Assembly (NCBI GenBank): GCA_963668645.2
Contig: CAXXWC010000019.1
Coordinates: 224,001-288,000 of the forward strand
Origin: Desulfobacterales bacterium
GTDB taxonomy: Bacteria > Desulfobacterota > Desulfobacteria > Desulfobacterales > UBA2174
Direction: 5' to 3'
Length of the DNA stretch: 64,000 bases
The translations under genes were made by a program, and so were the position numbers. The notes beneath the pieces are model-generated. The model was not told the origin of the DNA, did no database searches, and was given only the letters and a program-made list of their open reading frames with translations. Shown here piece by piece: positions 60,514 through 64,000 of this stretch. Position 1 is the first letter of the stretch; each line of letters starts with the position of its first letter.

Positions 60514-61620
60514 ATGCCTGGATCCATCAATCGTAAAAAGACGCGCCGGATCTCGGTGGGAGAAGTGCCGGTGGGCGCACTGGCCCCGATCAGCGTCCAG
60601 TCCATGACCACCACCGACACGCGCGACGTGGCCGCCACCGTGGCTCAGATCAGGCGGCTGGAGGCCGCCGGCTGCGAGATCGTGCGGGTTGCGGTGGTCG
60701 ATGAAACGGCCGCCCGGGCCATCGGCGCCATCAAGGCCGCCATCGGCATCCCCCTGATCGCCGACATCCACTTCGACCACCGCCTGGCCATCGCCGCGGC
60801 CGAAGCCGGGGCCGACGGGCTGCGCATCAACCCGGGCAACATCGGCGGCGCACAAAAGGTGCGCGCCGTGGTGGATGCCGCCCGCCACCACGGCCTGGCC
60901 ATCCGCATCGGGGTCAATGCCGGCAGCCTGGAAAAGGACCTGCTACGCCGCTACGGCCAGGCGAGCGCCGAAGCCATGGTGGAAAGTGCGCTGCGGCACA
61001 TCGACCGGATCGCCGGCATGGGGTTCGAACAGATCAAGGTCTCGATCAAGGCATCGGATGTGCCGCGCACCGTGTCGGCCTACCGGCAGCTTGCGGCGCG
61101 ATCTGATTTTCCGCTCCATCTGGGGGTCACCGAAGCCGGAGGCCTCTTTCCGGGAATCGTGAAGAGCGCTCTGGGCATCGGCATGCTGCTGGCCGAGGGG
61201 ATCGGTGACACCCTGAGGGTTTCGCTGACCCGCGATCCGGTGGAAGAGGTGCGCGTGGGTTACGAAATCCTGCGTGCCCTGGACATCCGCCGCCACGGGG
61301 CCGAGATCGTCTCGTGCCCCACCTGCGGGCGTTGCGGCATCGATCTGTTCGGAATCCTGGAGCAGGTCGAACAGGCCCTGCTGACCCGCCCGTTGCCGAT
61401 CAAGGTGGCCATCATGGGATGCGTGGTCAACGGGCCGGGAGAAGCCCGGGAGGCGGATGTGGGTATCGCCGGGGGCGAAGGGGTCGGCATCCTCTTCAAG
61501 AAAGGGCGGGTGGTCAAGAAGTTCCCCCAGCAAAAACTGGTGGATGAGCTTCTCAACGCCGTGGATGAATTCGGAAAGCCGCCGCCTGGGGCCGGGACGA
61601 TTCCAGCCCCGTCCAGTTGA
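60514..61620 (+). CDS. ispG: HMBPP synthase
   Basis: SVQSMT, ADIHF, RINPGN, SCPTCGR, MGCVVNGPGE. Confidence 0.96.
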   Translation: MPGSINRKKTRRISVGEVPVGALAPISVQSMTTTDTRDVAATVAQIRRLEAAGCEIVRVAVVDETAARAIGAIKAAIGIPLIADIHFDHRLAIAAAEAGADGLRINPGNIGGAQKVRAVVDAARHHGLAIRIGVNAGSLEKDLLRRYGQASAEAMVESALRHIDRIAGMGFEQIKVSIKASDVPRTVSAYRQLAARSDFPLHLGVTEAGGLFPGIVKSALGIGMLLAEGIGDTLRVSLTRDPVEEVRVGYEILRALDIRRHGAEIVSCPTCGRCGIDLFGILEQVEQALLTRPLPIKVAIMGCVVNGPGEAREADVGIAGGEGVGILFKKGRVVKKFPQQKLVDELLNAVDEFGKPPPGAGTIPAPSS

Positions 61621-61718
61621 CCGCAACGAAGCAAAGGCCCGGCCCGGTCGCTTCAGTTCCACCGCCTACGTCTTCGGGTCATTTTGAATGCCACTTTTTC
61701 AAGGGAGCCGCCAAAACG

Positions 61719-63248
61719 ATGAGTAAACCGACCCAAACCGCAATTTCCCCCACCCGCGTCGAAGACTACCCCGAATGGTACCAACAGGTGATCAAGGCCA
61801 GCGACATGGCCGAAAATTCACCCGTGCGCGGCTGCATGGTCATCAAGCCTTGGGGCTATGCCCTGTGGGAGAATATCACCCGCATCGTCGACGACCGGCT
61901 CAAGGCGATTGGGGTACGCAACGCCTATTTTCCCATCTTCATCCCCCTGAGTTTTCTTCAAAAGGAAGCCCAGCACGTGGAGGGGTTCGCCAAGGAGTGC
62001 GCCGTGGTGACCCACCACCGGCTCGAAAAAGGTCCGGACGGGCAGCTGGTTCCGGCCGGTAAACTCAATGAACCGCTCATCGTCCGGCCCACCAGCGAGA
62101 CGATCATCGGCGATTCCTTTTCCAAGTGGGTCAAGAGCTACCGGGATCTGCCGATCCTGGTCAACCAATGGGGCAACGTGGTTCGCTGGGAAATGCGCAC
62201 CCGGATCTTTCTGCGCACCAGCGAGTTTCTCTGGCACGAAGGCCACACGGTGCATGCTACGGCCAAAGAAGCCATGAACCTGACCGAAACGATTCTGGAC
62301 ATCTATGTGCGCCTGGCCCGGGACTTTCTTGCCATACCGGTGATCGCCGGCAAGAAATCACCGGCCGAGCGCTTTCCCGGAGCCGACGAGACGTTGACCA
62401 TCGAGGCCATGATGCAGGACTGCAAGGCCTTGCAGGCCGGCACCTCCCATTTTCTGGGCCAGAACTTCGCCCGGGCCCAGGAGATCAAGTTCCAAACCGC
62501 CGACGAACGCGAAGAGTACGCCTGGACCACTTCCTGGGCCGTTTCCACCCGGCTCCTGGGCGGGCTGATCATGACCCATGGCGATGACGACGGCGCCGTC
62601 CTGCCGCCGCGGGTCGCTTCGGCCCACCTGGTGCTGTTGCCCATTATCCGCAAGGCCAAAGAGCAAGAAGCGGTAATGGACTACGTCCAGGACCTGGCAC
62701 GCCGCTTGCGCCAGGTGGACTACCACGGCCAACCGCTGCGGGTGGAAATCGATGCCCGCGATATCGGCGCAACCCGCAACTGGGACTGGATCAAGCGCGG
62801 GATCCCCCTGCGCGTGGAAATCGGGCCCCGGGACATCGGCGCCGATGCGGTCTTTTTCGCCCGCCGCGACCGCGATCACCGCGAGAAGGTCGCCATGGGA
62901 CGGGAAGGGTTCATCGCCGAAGTGGGCACGATTCTCGACGAGATCCAGCAATCCTTGTATCAAAAAGCCTTGGCCTTCCAGGAAGCGCACACCCGGCTCA
63001 TCGACAAGCGGGATGACTTCTACGCCTTTTTCACCCCCCGCGACCTGGAACGGCCCGAAATTCACGGGGGGTTCGCCCTGGCCCACTGGTGCGGCGAAGG
63101 TGCCTGCGAGGCAAAGATCAAGGAAGACCTTGGGGTCACCATCCGCTGCCTGCCTTTTGACACGCAACGCTTTGCCGTGGAACCGGGGACCTGTATTTGC
63201 TGCGGCCGGCCCAGCCCGCGGCGCGTCATCTTCGCCAAGTCCTATTGA
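61719..63248 (+). CDS. proS: Proline--tRNA ligase (archaeal/eukaryote-like type)
   Basis: HVEGFAKE, RPTSET, VRWEMR, LQAGTSHFLGQNF, C-terminal FAKSY. Confidence 0.95.
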   Translation: MSKPTQTAISPTRVEDYPEWYQQVIKASDMAENSPVRGCMVIKPWGYALWENITRIVDDRLKAIGVRNAYFPIFIPLSFLQKEAQHVEGFAKECAVVTHHRLEKGPDGQLVPAGKLNEPLIVRPTSETIIGDSFSKWVKSYRDLPILVNQWGNVVRWEMRTRIFLRTSEFLWHEGHTVHATAKEAMNLTETILDIYVRLARDFLAIPVIAGKKSPAERFPGADETLTIEAMMQDCKALQAGTSHFLGQNFARAQEIKFQTADEREEYAWTTSWAVSTRLLGGLIMTHGDDDGAVLPPRVASAHLVLLPIIRKAKEQEAVMDYVQDLARRLRQVDYHGQPLRVEIDARDIGATRNWDWIKRGIPLRVEIGPRDIGADAVFFARRDRDHREKVAMGREGFIAEVGTILDEIQQSLYQKALAFQEAHTRLIDKRDDFYAFFTPRDLERPEIHGGFALAHWCGEGACEAKIKEDLGVTIRCLPFDTQRFAVEPGTCICCGRPSPRRVIFAKSY

Positions 63249-63278
63249 GGAATGCGGCAGGTCGCCCATGCCACGGCT

Positions 63279-64000
63279 ATGATCCGGATCAACGACATTC
63301 TCGATTGCATTGGCGAAGCCCACCCCCAGGCCGATCTGGATATCGTGGAACGCGCCTATATCTATTCGGCCCAGGTCCATGCCGGGCAGCTGCGCCTCTC
63401 TGGAGAGCCCTACCTCTCGCACCCCCTGGCGGTGGCCCACATCCTGGCCCAGATGCACCTCGACCCGGTGAGCATCGCCGCCGGGTTGCTCCACGACGTC
63501 ATCGAAGACACCCATGCCACCGCAGCCGAGATCGAAGCCATGTTCGGCCCGGAAGTGGGCCACATCGTTTCCGGGGTGACCAAGATGAGCAAGGTCGTGG
63601 TGAGCGACTCGCGCGCGCGCCAGGCTGAAAGCATCCGCAAGATGCTGCTGGCCATGGCCGACGACCTGCGCGTGATCCTGATCAAGCTGGCCGACCGGGT
63701 CCACAACATGCGCACCCTGGAGTATCACCGGCCCAGCAAACGCCGGCTCATCGCCCAGGAAACCCTGGATATCTATGCCCCCATCGCCGCGCGGCTCGGG
63801 ATCTACTGGATGAAGCATGAACTGGAAGACACCGCCTTCATGCACACCGAAACCGAGTCCTACGAACAGATTCGCCAGATGGTGGCCAAGAGCCAGGCCG
63901 AGCGGGAAGAATACGTCCAGCAGGTCATTGCCGTCATTCTCCAGCACATGCATCCGGTCCACTCCGACTGCCGGGTGCTGGGCCGCTACAAGAAGTACTA
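63279..64000 (+). CDS. RelA/SpoT (p)ppGpp synthetase/hydrolase (3' partial)
   Basis: MIRINDI, H.GQ.R.SGEPY..HP, LLHDVIEDT, IKLADRVHNMRTL, IYAPIAARLGI. Confidence 0.95.
   Translation, partial: MIRINDILDCIGEAHPQADLDIVERAYIYSAQVHAGQLRLSGEPYLSHPLAVAHILAQMHLDPVSIAAGLLHDVIEDTHATAAEIEAMFGPEVGHIVSGVTKMSKVVVSDSRARQAESIRKMLLAMADDLRVILIKLADRVHNMRTLEYHRPSKRRLIAQETLDIYAPIAARLGIYWMKHELEDTAFMHTETESYEQIRQMVAKSQAEREEYVQQVIAVILQHMHPVHSDCRVLGRYKKY

Noticed and set aside
1..64000. CRISPR array
   Set aside because: No regularly spaced repeat-spacer series and no cas genes seen

Overview
High-GC bacterial DNA; gene content and order (gltX, rpmF-fabG-acpP-fabF-rpiB-glyA-nrdR-rib-nusB-ispG-proS-relA) suggest a Desulfobacterota-like anaerobe (inference). 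About 48-64 kb is core housekeeping sequence next to tRNA-Gln(CTG). About 1-47.9 kb is accessory mosaic. It holds an IS1634 element nested in a remnant of a related IS, several pseudogenes, gapN/pfkB, and a sigma-54 two-component system upstream of a KimA-like APC permease. It also holds a complete cobalamin-dependent methyltransferase cluster of unknown substrate with a GlpT-like transporter, and an operon of two HAO-family octaheme cytochromes plus NapC/NirT; one octaheme is fused to a monoheme, membrane helices and a cytochrome b5 domain. Further along are a sigma-54 zraP-like operon, a decayed integron-cassette region (attC sites, two group IIC intron remnants, dead toxin-antitoxin pair) and a full cyoABCDE operon. 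No CRISPR array seen. All family calls come from motif recognition by eye, not database searches.
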